From the NCBI GenBank assembly GCA_964016885.1, contig OZ024751.1, forward strand, positions 53,754,001 through 53,818,000: DNA of 64,000 nt, read 5' to 3'. Positions 1 to 12,530 of this stretch are shown one piece after another. A program made the position numbers and the translations under genes. The notes beneath the pieces were generated by a model. The model did no database searches. It was not told where the DNA came from and worked only from the letters and a program-made list of their open reading frames with translations. The DNA comes from Eledone cirrhosa (taxonomy: Eukaryota). Every line of letters starts with the position of its first letter. Position 1 is the first letter of the stretch.

Positions 1-226
1 ACGCGAAGGGCTAGTGTTGGTTATTTGTCGGGGATTTCTTCATAGAAGCCTCATTCTTATAGCCTGGTCTATTCGATTTTTTTATATAGTTAATTATGCT
101 AATTGGGAGAGGAAATAGTATATATTTTATCGTGTGATTCTATAGACATGTTTTATGATATATAGCTCTGATTATTTAATTTATTAATTTTTCATTGAGC
201 CACAAAGTGACCAGTTGCAAAACACG

Positions 227-425
227 TATATGTATATATATGTATATATATATGTAAACTTTTATATATATATACATATATATATACATATATATATAAA
301 TATATATACATATATACATATATATATATACATATATATACATATATATACATATATATATACATATATATACATATATATATACATATATATATATATA
401 TACATATATATACATATATATATAC

Positions 426-456
<31 letters not shown>

Positions 457-502
457 CATATATATACATATATATACATATATATACATATATATACATA
501 TA
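227..502. repeat. Compound (TA)n/(TATATACA)n microsatellite
   Basis: Visible low-complexity tract. Similar tracts at 903-1133, 1570-1958, 2625-3668, 9862-10586, 17707-18196 and 19360-20355 (TATATGTA polarity). Confidence 0.95.
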
Positions 503-902
503 CGATATTATTAAATGGAAACTATATTTATTTTTATAAATATAAACAGTTTTACAAATAAGCTTTGACGTACCCTATTAAAATGCAACCATTGTATTTG
601 GAAGTCATCCGGAAGTCATTTGGAAGTCATTTGGAAGACATCCAAAAACAATGGTTGCATTTTAATAGGGTACGTCAAAGCTTATTTGTAAAACTGTTAT
701 ATATTGTATTTTGTCTGATGAAGGCATACCATAATTTAATGTGGTATCCCTGAAATATGTATAATGAAATAAATATGGTTTTATAAATATAGTTTCCATT
801 TAATAATATCGTATATCTACTCCAAATACTTGTCGAGTGCTTTATATCAGTTATAAAAATATTTACTTGTTGTATCCCAACAATTTTAAATAGAACTTTT
901 GC
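499..902 (+). mobile_element. Fold-back hammerhead element, family A copy 1 (PLE pLTR-derived, non-autonomous)
   Basis: Inverted arms ~499-603 and ~641-815 around a GGAAGTCATT-repeat spacer. The left arm lacks the ribozyme segment. The right arm continues into an ~87-bp tail (816-902). Flanked by (TA)n; homologous to 51421-52228 and 54280-54773. Confidence 0.85.
707..771 (+). ncRNA. Type I hammerhead ribozyme
   Basis: tattttgt-CTGATGA-aggcatacca..tggtatccct-GAAA-tatgta-TA-atgaaata. 8-bp stem I (two G-U pairs), stem II hairpin, short near-palindromic helix III, AUA cleavage triplet. Confidence 0.85.
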
Positions 903-1038
903 ATATATATACATATATATACATATATATACATATATATACATATATATATACATATATATACACATATATATATATACATATATATACATATATATAT
1001 ATATATATACATATATATACATATATATATATATATAC

Positions 1039-1087
<49 letters not shown>

Positions 1088-1130
1088 CATATATATACAT
1101 ATATATACATATATATATACATATATATAT

Positions 1131-1570
1131 ATATTGTTATACTTGGAGATGGTCATATTTGTGTAATATTGCCAGAATTAATAACAGAACACTCTCACTG
1201 TTTGGTTGGTTTTCGCTTCTCGCTTCTGTGTCTTTTATGTCGGTAATCTAACTTACTCGGTCCTCAATGTTGCCATTGACTGACCGACGGTCAAAAATAA
1301 TACAGATACAATATAGACACAAACACATATATATAGTTTATCATAAATCTTTCGTTGCACATCTGCAACATCGTCAGTGGTGTTATTGTTTCCTCCTGTT
1401 GTATTGTATGTCTACGCCATTTTTATTCAGTCTGTCTATATATTTATTTATTTATTTTCTTGTTTGTTTATTTTATATTGTCTTCTTTGCGCATGCGTTT
1501 GCGTGTGTGTATAGAGTTTTGTTTGCTGTGTGATTGGTGACTAGTGTGTGTTTACGTGCTTGTTGTTGTG
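1131..1570 (-). mobile_element. PLE pLTR/3' end fragment related to the element at 18197-19360
   Basis: atattgttatacttggagatggtcat..ttgcca resembles 18255-18286 (atattgttatactttgggagggtcatgttgcca). It carries a minus-strand hammerhead and is flanked by (TA)n. Confidence 0.6.
1339..1383 (-). ncRNA. Type I hammerhead ribozyme (CUGACGA core)
   Basis: Minus strand: acca-CTGACGA-tgttgca-gatg-tgcaac-GAAA-gatt-TA-tgat. Perfect 6-bp stem II; one mismatch in stem I. Confidence 0.7.
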
Positions 1571-1911
1571 TATACATACATATATATACATATATATACA
1601 TATATACATATATATACATATATATATATATACATATATATACATACATATATATACATATATATATACATATATCTACATATATATATATACATATATA
1701 TATATACATATATATACATATATATATATATATACATACATATATATATATACATATATATACATATATATATATATACATATATACATATATATATATA
1801 CATATTTACATATATATATACATATACATATATATATACATATATATATACCTATATATACATACATTTTTATATATATATACATACATATTTATATATA
1901 TATATATACAA

Positions 1912-1949
<38 letters not shown>

Positions 1950-1952
1950 TTA

Positions 1953-2204
1953 TATATAGAAATCACATGAATCAAAGTTCTGTTCAAACCATTTATTAGC
2001 TTACAATTGTTTCGTCCAAACCGAGGTTTGAAGTCTTCGGAGCAATTTTTCAAGGATTGTTTACATAAATGACCTCCTTTCCAACACTAGAGACATCCAG
2101 AAACATATGTATATATCGATGCACAGTGGGCTGACATCCATTATAATATTTTAGCATGGCAATTTACATTCAAAAATTAAAATCATATTAAAAGAAAATT
2201 AAAC
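1953..2204 (-). mobile_element. Left arm of long-range inverted pLTR pair (partner 9466-9718)
   Basis: ~250 bp near-identical to the reverse complement of 9466-9718; contains a hammerhead at 1999-2043. Confidence 0.85.
1999..2043 (-). ncRNA. Type I hammerhead ribozyme, variant core CCGAAGA
   Basis: Minus strand: gct-CCGAAGA-cttcaaacc-tc-ggtttggac-GAAA-caattg-TA-agc. Palindromic helix III, GUA triplet, U4>C core change. Confidence 0.7.
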
Positions 2205-2626
2205 AAAATTAAAGTTAAAATACAACATCGGCAGTTTACGAAGATAATGCAAGAGGATAGTTTGAAGTAGTTAGTGTATGCAATAGTTACACGTGGGGCA
2301 TGCACGTGTGTCTTATTTAAAAATGATTAATGTGCGGCAAGGTGTTATATGCAATACAAGCACTTTAAGCGGGTAAACAAGAGTATTATGGGGGTTGTAC
2401 TGGTAAAGTATTTTTTATGTATGATAAAGAAGCTTGTGTGCAGAGAAATATTAAAAATGAGAAGCAAAATAATGTTATGGTTTTCGTATACACCAGCATT
2501 TTCACAATCCAGGAAACGTAATATATAGATTATATGTCCTTCACATAATTCACGATGATTCAGTATTGGAAGCTTGATGTATTAGGTTAGATTATTACAG
2601 CACGTCTATATACAACCCCTGCTAAC

Positions 2627-2780
<154 letters not shown>

Positions 2781-2783
2781 GTA

Positions 2784-2817
<34 letters not shown>

Positions 2818-2896
2818 CATTTATATATATACATATATATATATACATATATATATATACATATATACATATATACATATATATGTATATATATAC

Positions 2897-2963
<67 letters not shown>

Positions 2964-2964
2964 C

Positions 2965-3047
<83 letters not shown>

Positions 3048-3202
3048 CATATATATACATATATACATATATACATATATACATATATACATATATATAC
3101 GTATATACATATATATACATATATACATATATATACATATATACATATATATACATATATACATATATATACATATATACATATATATACATATATACAC
3201 AC

Positions 3203-3237
<35 letters not shown>

Positions 3238-3352
3238 CATATATATATACATATATATACATATATATATATATACATATATATACATATATATATACAT
3301 ATATATACATATATATATACATATATATACATATATATATACATATATATAC

Positions 3353-3385
<33 letters not shown>

Positions 3386-3429
3386 CACATATATACATAT
3401 ATATATACATATATATATACATATATATA

Positions 3430-3460
<31 letters not shown>

Positions 3461-3470
3461 GTATATATAC

Positions 3471-3502
<32 letters not shown>

Positions 3503-3830
3503 ACATATATATATGTACATATATATATATACATATATATATATACATATATATATACATATATATATATATACATATATATATACATATATATATATAT
3601 ACATATATATACATATATATATATACATATATATATACATATATATATATACACATATACATATATATGATGGCTGCCCCCTCGTTATCGAGTATGACCA
3701 CTGCACGAGGAGAAAAAAAAATTAATAAATTTAAAAAAAATAAAAATTAAAAAAATAAAAATAAATATATATATATATATATACACATATATATATACAT
3801 ATATGTATATACATACACACACATACACAT

Positions 3831-3861
<31 letters not shown>

Positions 3862-3986
3862 TACATTAATAATAACAACAACAATAATAATAACGAGAAC
3901 AACAATAATAATTTACATATACATATATATATATACACATACACGCACACACATAAACATATCTATACACACACACACGATAGCAA

Positions 3987-4490
3987 CTAACAGCGCTGCG
4001 ATCGAATGTGGCTTTTTAGCCCAGCCAATGATCTAAAATGTCTTGCACAGAGTCGGCAACCAAAACATTCCCTGGGAATAGTCGGCTCTGGTTGGAGTTC
4101 GTGTACTTTTGCATGTCGCTTGAGCCCTCCTGCTGATTTACATTCTCTACCACATGTTTGGCAAGCATGGTGAGTAGCATCTCCAACAGCAGCCTGGTAG
4201 TTAACCACTGGTCTTACTTTATGACTGCGAAGATGACTTTCGAGTCCAGCTTTGCTTAGGCAGAGTCTCGCACAGACGCTGCATGTCAGCACCATAGGAG
4301 GACCCTCGCCGTCTGGAAGTGCAACAGCAATGCCCTTCCTCACATCCCGATTTACTTTCTCGTATGCGATTCGAGATGCCTCAAAGGTAACTTTTCCCTC
4401 ATATACAGTCTTTCTCCATTTATTACGATCAGCAGCAATATTTTCCCATGTATCAGCAGAGATGTTAGCGTCTTTCAGAGAGGCTTTCAA
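3987..4490 (-). pseudogene. RTE C-terminal region with three C2H2-like zinc fingers
   Basis: CSVC..GLESHLRSH, CQTC..GLKRHAKVH and CRLC..GLKSHIRS. Continues the RT ORF after a frameshift at ~4488. Confidence 0.85.
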
Positions 4491-6373
4491 GGATCCTTAT
4501 ACCTCTTTTTTGGTTTATGTGGCGGTCGTTTTCCTTTAACCAACTCTCCATAAAAGAGTTGTTTTGGTATTCTAGAATCCTTCATCCTGGCAAGGTGACC
4601 ACTCCAACGGAGTCGTTGCTTAAGCACAACAGCTTCTATACTGTCACACATAGAGCTTTCCAAAATCTCGACATCACTGATGTGGTCCCTCCAGTGAACG
4701 CCATGGATCCGTCTGAGACACATCTGATGGAAACGCTCAAATTGCTTAAGGTGGTGTCGATATGTGACCCAGGTCTCGCAGGCATAAAGAAGACAAGAGA
4801 GCACACATGCCCTGTACACCTTTATCTTTGTCCTCCTGCATATGTCTCGCCGACCCCAGAGTCGCCTTTCTAGCTTTCCGAAAGCATCACTTGCTTTCCT
4901 AATCCTAAGTGAGATTTCACTGTCAAGGTTGCTGTATCGATTGACAGTGCTTCCCAGGTAGACAAACTGATCAACCACTCCAAGTCGTTTGCCATACACA
5001 TAGATGTTTGGTTCAGTGTACTGCTTACCAGGGGCAGGTTGGTACATGACGACGGTTTTCCTGAGACTGACAGTCAATCCTAGGGCAGTGCAAGCGTCAT
5101 AAAATGCATTCAAAATGTGCTGCATATCACTCTCTGTATGTGCTATAAGATCGCAATCATCTGCATACAAGAGGTCTCTTATGATTGATGTAAATACTTT
5201 TGTCTTCGCAGCAAAGCGCCTGATGTTAAATATGCTGCCTGAGGTTCGATATCGGATGTAAACACCATGCTCGCAATTCCTGAATGCAATACAGAAAACC
5301 ATTGCAGAGTATATGGCAAACAGGGTCGGTGCTGGAATATCCCCCTGTTTCACACCATTTTTTACTGAGATAGGCTCCGACATGTTACCTCCGACATTAA
5401 CCCAAGCCTTCATGTCGTCATGGAAAGACCTAACTAAAGCAAGGAACTTATCAGGGCAACCCAGTTTCTGGAGAACCTTCCATAATGCATCCCTGTTAAC
5501 AGTATCGAAAGCTTTTGTCAGATCGACAAAACCCTGATACAGATCCAAGCCTTGTTCCATGCACTTCTCCTGGAGCTGTCTAGCTGAGAAGATCATATCA
5601 GTAGTGTCGCGTCCAGCACGAAAACCAGATTGACTTTCAGGAAGAACACAATCTGCAATGTGTGTCAGCAGACGGTCCAGAAGCACCCTACATAAAACGT
5701 TCCCTACGACAGAAAGCAATGATATACCTCTGTAGTTCCCACAATCATTCCTGTTACCCTTTCCCTTGTACAAGACCACTATTACTTCATCTCTCCAGTC
5801 CTCAGGTACGGATTTATTAGCCCATATCCTGCCAAACAAAGAGTGAAGATGTTGCAGGAGTCTCTCACCACCATATTGTAGGAGCTCAGCATGTATGCCA
5901 TTCATACCTGGCGATCTTCCACTGTTCAGCTTCGAAATAGCCACTGCAACCTCCACAGGCGTCGGAGGTTCTGCGAGAGCTACTTTCACAGGACTTTCTG
6001 GAATGAGATTGAGGAAATCATCACTGACGACAGACGGCTGATTCAAAAGATCATCAAAGTGCTCTCGCCAGCTTCCTAGAATTCCTTGTGAGTCACGAAG
6101 AAGTTCTTTGCCATCCTTGCTGCGAAGCGGTGTCACCAGAGAAGAAGACGGTCCATAAACCTCACGCAAGAGACTGTACAACAGCTTTGTGTTATTGGAA
6201 TCTGATGCAGTTTGTATCTCACCAGCCTTCTCACTCCACCACTGATCCTTCATCTGAGAAAGACTCCGCCTAACACGTGATTTTACATCCCTGAGTTCCT
6301 CATGCAACGTATTCCTCTCCTGTGGTTTTGCCGTCAAGTAGCGTGACAGAGCACGCCTCTTATCAGCCAACAA
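4487..6373 (-). pseudogene. RTE reverse transcriptase domain
   Basis: Motifs NYRGISLL, QSGFR, FVDLTKAFD, GVKQG, LLYADD, FVYLGS and LRWSGH. Out of frame with the flanking ORF pieces. Confidence 0.93.
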
Positions 6374-6558
6374 GTCTTCTATATGTACATCATTCTCATT
6401 AAATCAGTCCTGATGTTTTCTCTGCACCAATCCCAGAACACGCCTGCCTACATCATAAACCGACTTTTTAAGGGTCGGCCAATCCTCACCAAGATCTGCA
6501 GCCTGCATCTCTTCTTCCAATGTCCTCTTCACATTTTTATCCTTAAGACGAGCAGCAT

Positions 6559-7515
6559 TCAATCTTTTGGGCAGGGAGCCCGGATTTTACGTTTAGTGAT
6601 TAGTTTCACTTTTGCGCGTACCAGGCGGTGATCCGTCCAGCACTCAGCTCCACGAAGAGCACGAACACACTGCACATCCTGTCTGTCACGCATCTTGACT
6701 AGGACGTAGTCCAAAAGATGCCATTCCTTAGATGCAGGATGCATCCATGTGGTCTTGAATTTGTTCTTTTGTTGGAACATGGTGTTGGTAACACACAGAT
6801 CCAGCTCCTCACACATCTGCAGCAGGAGCATACCATTGTTGTTATACTTTCCCACCCTATGCCTTCCGATTACATTCCATGTGTTAAAATCCCTACCCAC
6901 TCTAGCATTAAAGTCACCAAGCACGATGACTTTGTCTGCCTGAGGGATATTTCTTAGAACACCTTTCAAGGCATGGTAAAAGGACACTTTTTCTTCATCG
7001 ACAGAATTCATAGTTGGAGCATACACACTCACCAGGGTCGCATATCTTCCTTTGTCCAGCGGAATTCTCATGGACATAAGACTAATCTCTATTGGGAATT
7101 CTTCTAATTTATTCACAAGTACAGTCTTAACAGCAAATCCTACCCCAGCCTCTCTTCTGGTTCCTTCATCTCTTCCTTTCCAGAAGAATGTATATTCTCC
7201 ACAAAATTCTGTAAGATGACCATCTCCAGCTAACCTCGTCTCAGATAAAGCCACAATGTCAAGATCGTAACGTCGAAGCTCCTTTGCAACAAGAGCGGTC
7301 CTTCGTTCAGGACGCTCCAAGGAATCCCTGTCAAGCAGCGTCCGTACGTTCCAGCAGCCAAGACTAAATGCCTTGTTTGGCTCTATTACAATAGCACGAT
7401 GACGAGCGGGCCCAGGCTGTGATAACCTGGGGCCCCTGCCCTTATTGCCAATGATCTTTTTTGTTCCAGAACCTAAATTGCCAATTATCTCTTTTACATT
7501 GTTCTGGAACATCAT
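6559..7515 (-). pseudogene. RTE apurinic-like endonuclease domain
   Basis: Motifs GCWNVRTL, IVALSETR, SVYAPT, LGDFNARVG, LDYVLV and WTDHRLV. Confidence 0.92.
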
Positions 7516-8160
7516 TGAATTGGAAAAAGAAAAAAAAAAAGTAATAATAATAGTAATAGTAATAATAATAGTACACTATTAATAATTATTAATGCACTCG
7601 TGCAATGCCTGTGCGTGACGAATATTTTTAAAGTGAGGAAAGACTGTGCACTGAGCCAATCCCACTCTCTGAGCGACAGTAGCTATAACCCGAAAAGAAG
7701 AAAAGATCAACAACATCGGTAACTACTGAGCCGCAGGTTTTATGTCGGAGTTAACCCAGTTTCCTGAGATGCCCTCTCCTAGAAGAATGCCCTGACAAGG
7801 GCTAGGGGTTCTTCACTCCCAGTGGTTTAACTGCGCGATCGGGCATCCAGCCCGATTATTTCTATGTCCCCGCGCAAAAAAAACAAAAAAAAACTCACTT
7901 ATTGACACTTATACGTACGACATACACACACTCGCATACATATGCGCGCACACACACGCATACATACGCGCGCACACAGCAACTCTCATACATACAAAGA
8001 AACACACACACGCTACTCACACACACACGCACATTTATATATATATATATATATATATTACCGTCATTACTGATACAAGATTACAAGATTATGTCAACTG
8101 TTGACTTTCAAGAGTTCGTATAGTTGAAGCCGATCGTATTACAGTCCAGTATTATTATAA

Positions 8161-8302
8161 TTGCTTTACAGCATAGAGTTATGTCTCTCCATGCTCTGAG
8201 CTTAAATCCCGCCGAGGTCAACCTAGCCTTTCATCCCCACGTAGTCAACAAAAGAGAGTACCAGTGATGCGCTGGATCCGTGCCAAAAGCAGAAAAATTA
8301 TT
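8161..8302 (+). mobile_element. Nin-domain tRNA-SINE, 5' truncated and diverged
   Basis: aaatcccgccgaggtcaacctagcctttcatcc..gtaccag matches the copies at 29397, 62969 and 63347. Confidence 0.75.
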
Positions 8303-9465
8303 ATTAAAGTTGTTTTCTTAAAGCCCGGTCGCTGGTGATGGTGGTGGCGGCGGTGGTGGTGGCAATTGATATTGTTGTTGTGTTGTGTGCGCGTGTGTGT
8401 GTGTTTTGTTATTTTGAGTTGTTTTGTTTGTGTTTTTTTGTTTGTTTTTTTTTATCTGTTGATGCCGCTGTTGTTGTTGTAAATGTTCATTTCAATTCAT
8501 TCTGAAGCTGTTGTTGCTGTAAACATTAGTGCCGGTGGTGTTGTTGTAGATGTTGGGATTGAAATCTGGTCGTTTGACTGAGTGATGTATATACACACAT
8601 ATACATACATATATATATATATATATATACACATTCAACACAGAGTAGAGAGTTTGACAACAGGTCGATGACTTTAGTCTAGATAGGGTAATGACATGTG
8701 ATGGTGGGGAGAGAGTGTAGACGTTATTGTGGTGGTGGGGGACAGTGAGATGTATCTAGTTCATTTGTCCGTTTTCTTCTCTTTGCAAAATTTGAATTTT
8801 AGGCATGTTATATATATACATATATATACATACATATTTATTTATATATATATACAAATTTATATATATTTATATATAAGTTAATATAAATTAATATATG
8901 ATAAACACCAATATGAACATATAAGCGTTTGCATTGTAAACGACCAAGTTAGCTAGATTGAAAAATACTAATTAGATTAATACAGTTTGCCTGTCTCGAT
9001 TTAAAATAATAAATCAATAAAAACAAACCCGTATTGGCAATAACCGTGATACCTGGACAAATTTAAATTTCAAAATCTAAACCTGTTCCGCAGACAAATT
9101 TAAATTTCAAAACCCAAATAAGTTTCGCAACGATAATTTAAAAAAGTGAAAAATCCCAATTCCTGTGGTCATCAACAGGTATCCAGAAAATTAGCATGTT
9201 TCACCTCGAAATATTTTTGAAGGACTGGTAATCAAATGCTAACGCACGGGGTTTCCCAGCTCCTAGCTAGCCCCATACTCATGCTGCTAGAAATAACAGC
9301 CTTCTATATGGGATTAAAATTTAGTTCAACAACAGGAGCCGTTAAATATTATATTTAGAGTTATAAACTCAAACAGTCTTTTACTATTAATTAGCTCAAA
9401 GAAAGAAGCATTTCTGAGCCGTGAAATACAAGTTAATATAAATTAATATATGATAAACACCAATA

Positions 9466-9820
9466 GTTTTAATTTTCTTTTAATATGATTTTAATTTTTG
9501 AATGTAAATTGCCATGCTAAAATATTATAATGGATGTCAGCCCACTGTGCATCGATATATACATATGTTTCTGGATGTCTCTTGTGTTGGAAAGGAGGTC
9601 ATTTATGTAAACAATCCTTGAAAAATTGCTCCGAAGACATCAAACCTCGGTTTGGACGAAACAGTTGTAAGCTAATAAATGGTTTGAACAGAACTTTGAT
9701 TCATGTGATTTCTATATAACTGCTCTGTAGAACAACTGCTGTTATTACATTGAGCTACTTATCTTACTGGTAATCAGGTAGTAATAAATTACTGTCTTTC
9801 ATTGTTTAGGGTTTAAAATA
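9466..9820 (+). mobile_element. Right arm plus tail of long-range inverted pLTR pair
   Basis: 9466-9718 is the reverse complement of 1953-2204, followed by an ~100-bp unique tail before AT-rich and (TA)n sequence. Confidence 0.85.
9628..9672 (+). ncRNA. Type I hammerhead ribozyme, variant core CCGAAGA
   Basis: gct-CCGAAGA-catcaaacc-tc-ggtttggac-GAAA-cagttg-TA-agc. Confidence 0.7.
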
Positions 9821-9985
9821 TATATAACTATAAAAGATTTTAGTATATACATAACCATAATAGTATCCTTAATACTAGATATTTATATATATATATATAT
9901 ATATACATATTTATATATATATATATATATATACATATTTATATATATATATATACATATTTATATATATATATATATACATATT

Positions 9986-10018
<33 letters not shown>

Positions 10019-10158
10019 ATACATATTTATATATATATATATACATATTTATATATATATATATACATATTTATATATATATATACATATATATACATAT
10101 ATATACTTATATATACATATATATACATATATATACATATATATATACACATATATAC

Positions 10159-10189
<31 letters not shown>

Positions 10190-11189
10190 CATATATATAC
10201 ACATATATATACATATATATACATATATATGTATACATATATATATACATATATATATACGTATATATACATATATATACATATATATATACATATATAT
10301 ACATATATATATACATATATATACATATATATACATATATATACACATATATATACATATATATACATATATATACATATATATACATATATATATACAT
10401 ATATATACATATATATATACATATATATACATATATATATACATATATATACATATATATATATACATATATATACACATATATATACAAATATATATAC
10501 ATATATATATACATATATATACATATATATACATATATATATACATATATATATACATATATATATACATATATATATACATATATTGGAAAATGTGTGT
10601 AATCCTTGGTACAGTTAGGTATATTAAGACAGGGGGGGGAAGAAAAAATAGCTTCACTTGTGCTTTCAACAAATTTATTTTCTTCACAAAATCCAAAAAG
10701 AATTTTTCTTAAAAAAATTATTTTATAAATTAAGTTGTTGGTTGTTGGTTAGGTCTTAGGAGTTCTTGGTTAACGTAGGAGGTATTGTTTCGTTTTTAGA
10801 AAGACCTTTCACGCTGAGGTGCGCTTGTCAAACTGATGTGTATGTGGTCTGTTGTTCTATATATAGGGATTTAACATGTCTTTGGTGTGGTGGGGGTTTC
10901 TTTTCTCCCCCTTTAATAAGTGCATGGGTGTAGGTGTGTTGAAAAAGTGTTCATAGCAGTAATGAGTTGAGACGGTGAGTAGGGTTGGGTGGGGAGAAAT
11001 GTAGCAAGTGCGGCCTGCCCCGGTCATTCTCGAAAAATTCCTTTATTCAAGGGAAAAAGCTTTTAGTATTGCTTTTGTGTTGAGAATGGTCACAGGCAAA
11101 TCGCACCTGTCAAGTTTGTGAATAATTATCTTTTTCTTTTTTTTTCCCGAAGAATTTTTCTACGTCCATCCCAAAGTTAGTCCTTTGTT

Positions 11190-11397
11190 CAACACACACA
11201 TATGTGCGCATATACGTACATACACACACGGGCATATGTAGGAATATATAGGCACACACCATCAATCACACACCCATGCACAAATACATCCACATACATA
11301 CATACATATACATACATATACACACATAAAGATACATAACTAAATATACATATATACACATACACGCACACATACACACACACACACGCACGTGTAT

Positions 11398-11428
<31 letters not shown>

Positions 11429-11527
11429 TATGTCCGTATATATACCCCTCCGTTCACACATACATGCATACACACACACACATACACACATACATCTATA
11501 TATATATACACATATAAAGAGAGAGGC

Positions 11528-11622
<95 letters not shown>

Positions 11623-11741
11623 TATACATACATATACACATACATATATGTACACATAAACACATACAGACACATACACACATATACACATATATATACA
11701 CATACATATATATCCATATACATATATATACACATACATAT

Positions 11742-11788
<47 letters not shown>

Positions 11789-12213
11789 CATACACATACA
11801 CATACACATACAAGTACATACATACACACATACATACATACACATACATGTACATACATACATATATATATATATACACATATATACATACACACATATA
11901 TACATATATATACACATACACACACATACATACACACATACATATATACATATATATATATGGGCGTACACACGAGCACATAAAGACACATATACACATA
12001 CACATATATATACATATATATACACATATATATACACATACATCTACATACATACATACATATACACAAACAGAAACATACACATATGTACACACATATA
12101 TACATATATGCACATACATACACACACACACACACATGTATATAGGTACATACACATACATACACACACACATAAACATACATATCTATCCATATATATA
12201 TATATATACACAT

Positions 12214-12292
<79 letters not shown>

Positions 12293-12320
12293 CACACATA
12301 CAAACATACACACATCCATA

Positions 12321-12377
<57 letters not shown>

Positions 12378-12445
12378 ACACCCACATACATATATACCCA
12401 CACGTACATACATCCATACATCCCTACACACATATATGTGTGTGT
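11190..12445. repeat. Compound CA/TA/CATA microsatellite inside the PLE 3' UTR; inverted copy at 16155-17145
   Basis: Unique landmarks such as cccctccgttcac, aaagagagaggcat and cacgagcacataaagac recur reverse-complemented in 16155-17145. Confidence 0.9.
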
Positions 12446-12530
12446 CTCACCGTTCACTCAGATATTCATGTGTATACATAAGAAGAGGGGTGGGGGGTAG
12501 TGAAATGGAATTTTACCTCCGAGTGTTAAT

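Larger units (their letters stand above)
3665..7880 (-). mobile_element. Near full-length RTE-clade non-LTR retrotransposon (frameshifted)
   Basis: APE, RT and zinc-finger ORF pieces in order. RTE-like 3' terminal hairpin TGGTCATACTCGATAACGAGGGG at ~3667-3700; structured 5' UTR at ~7720-7880. Confidence 0.9.
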
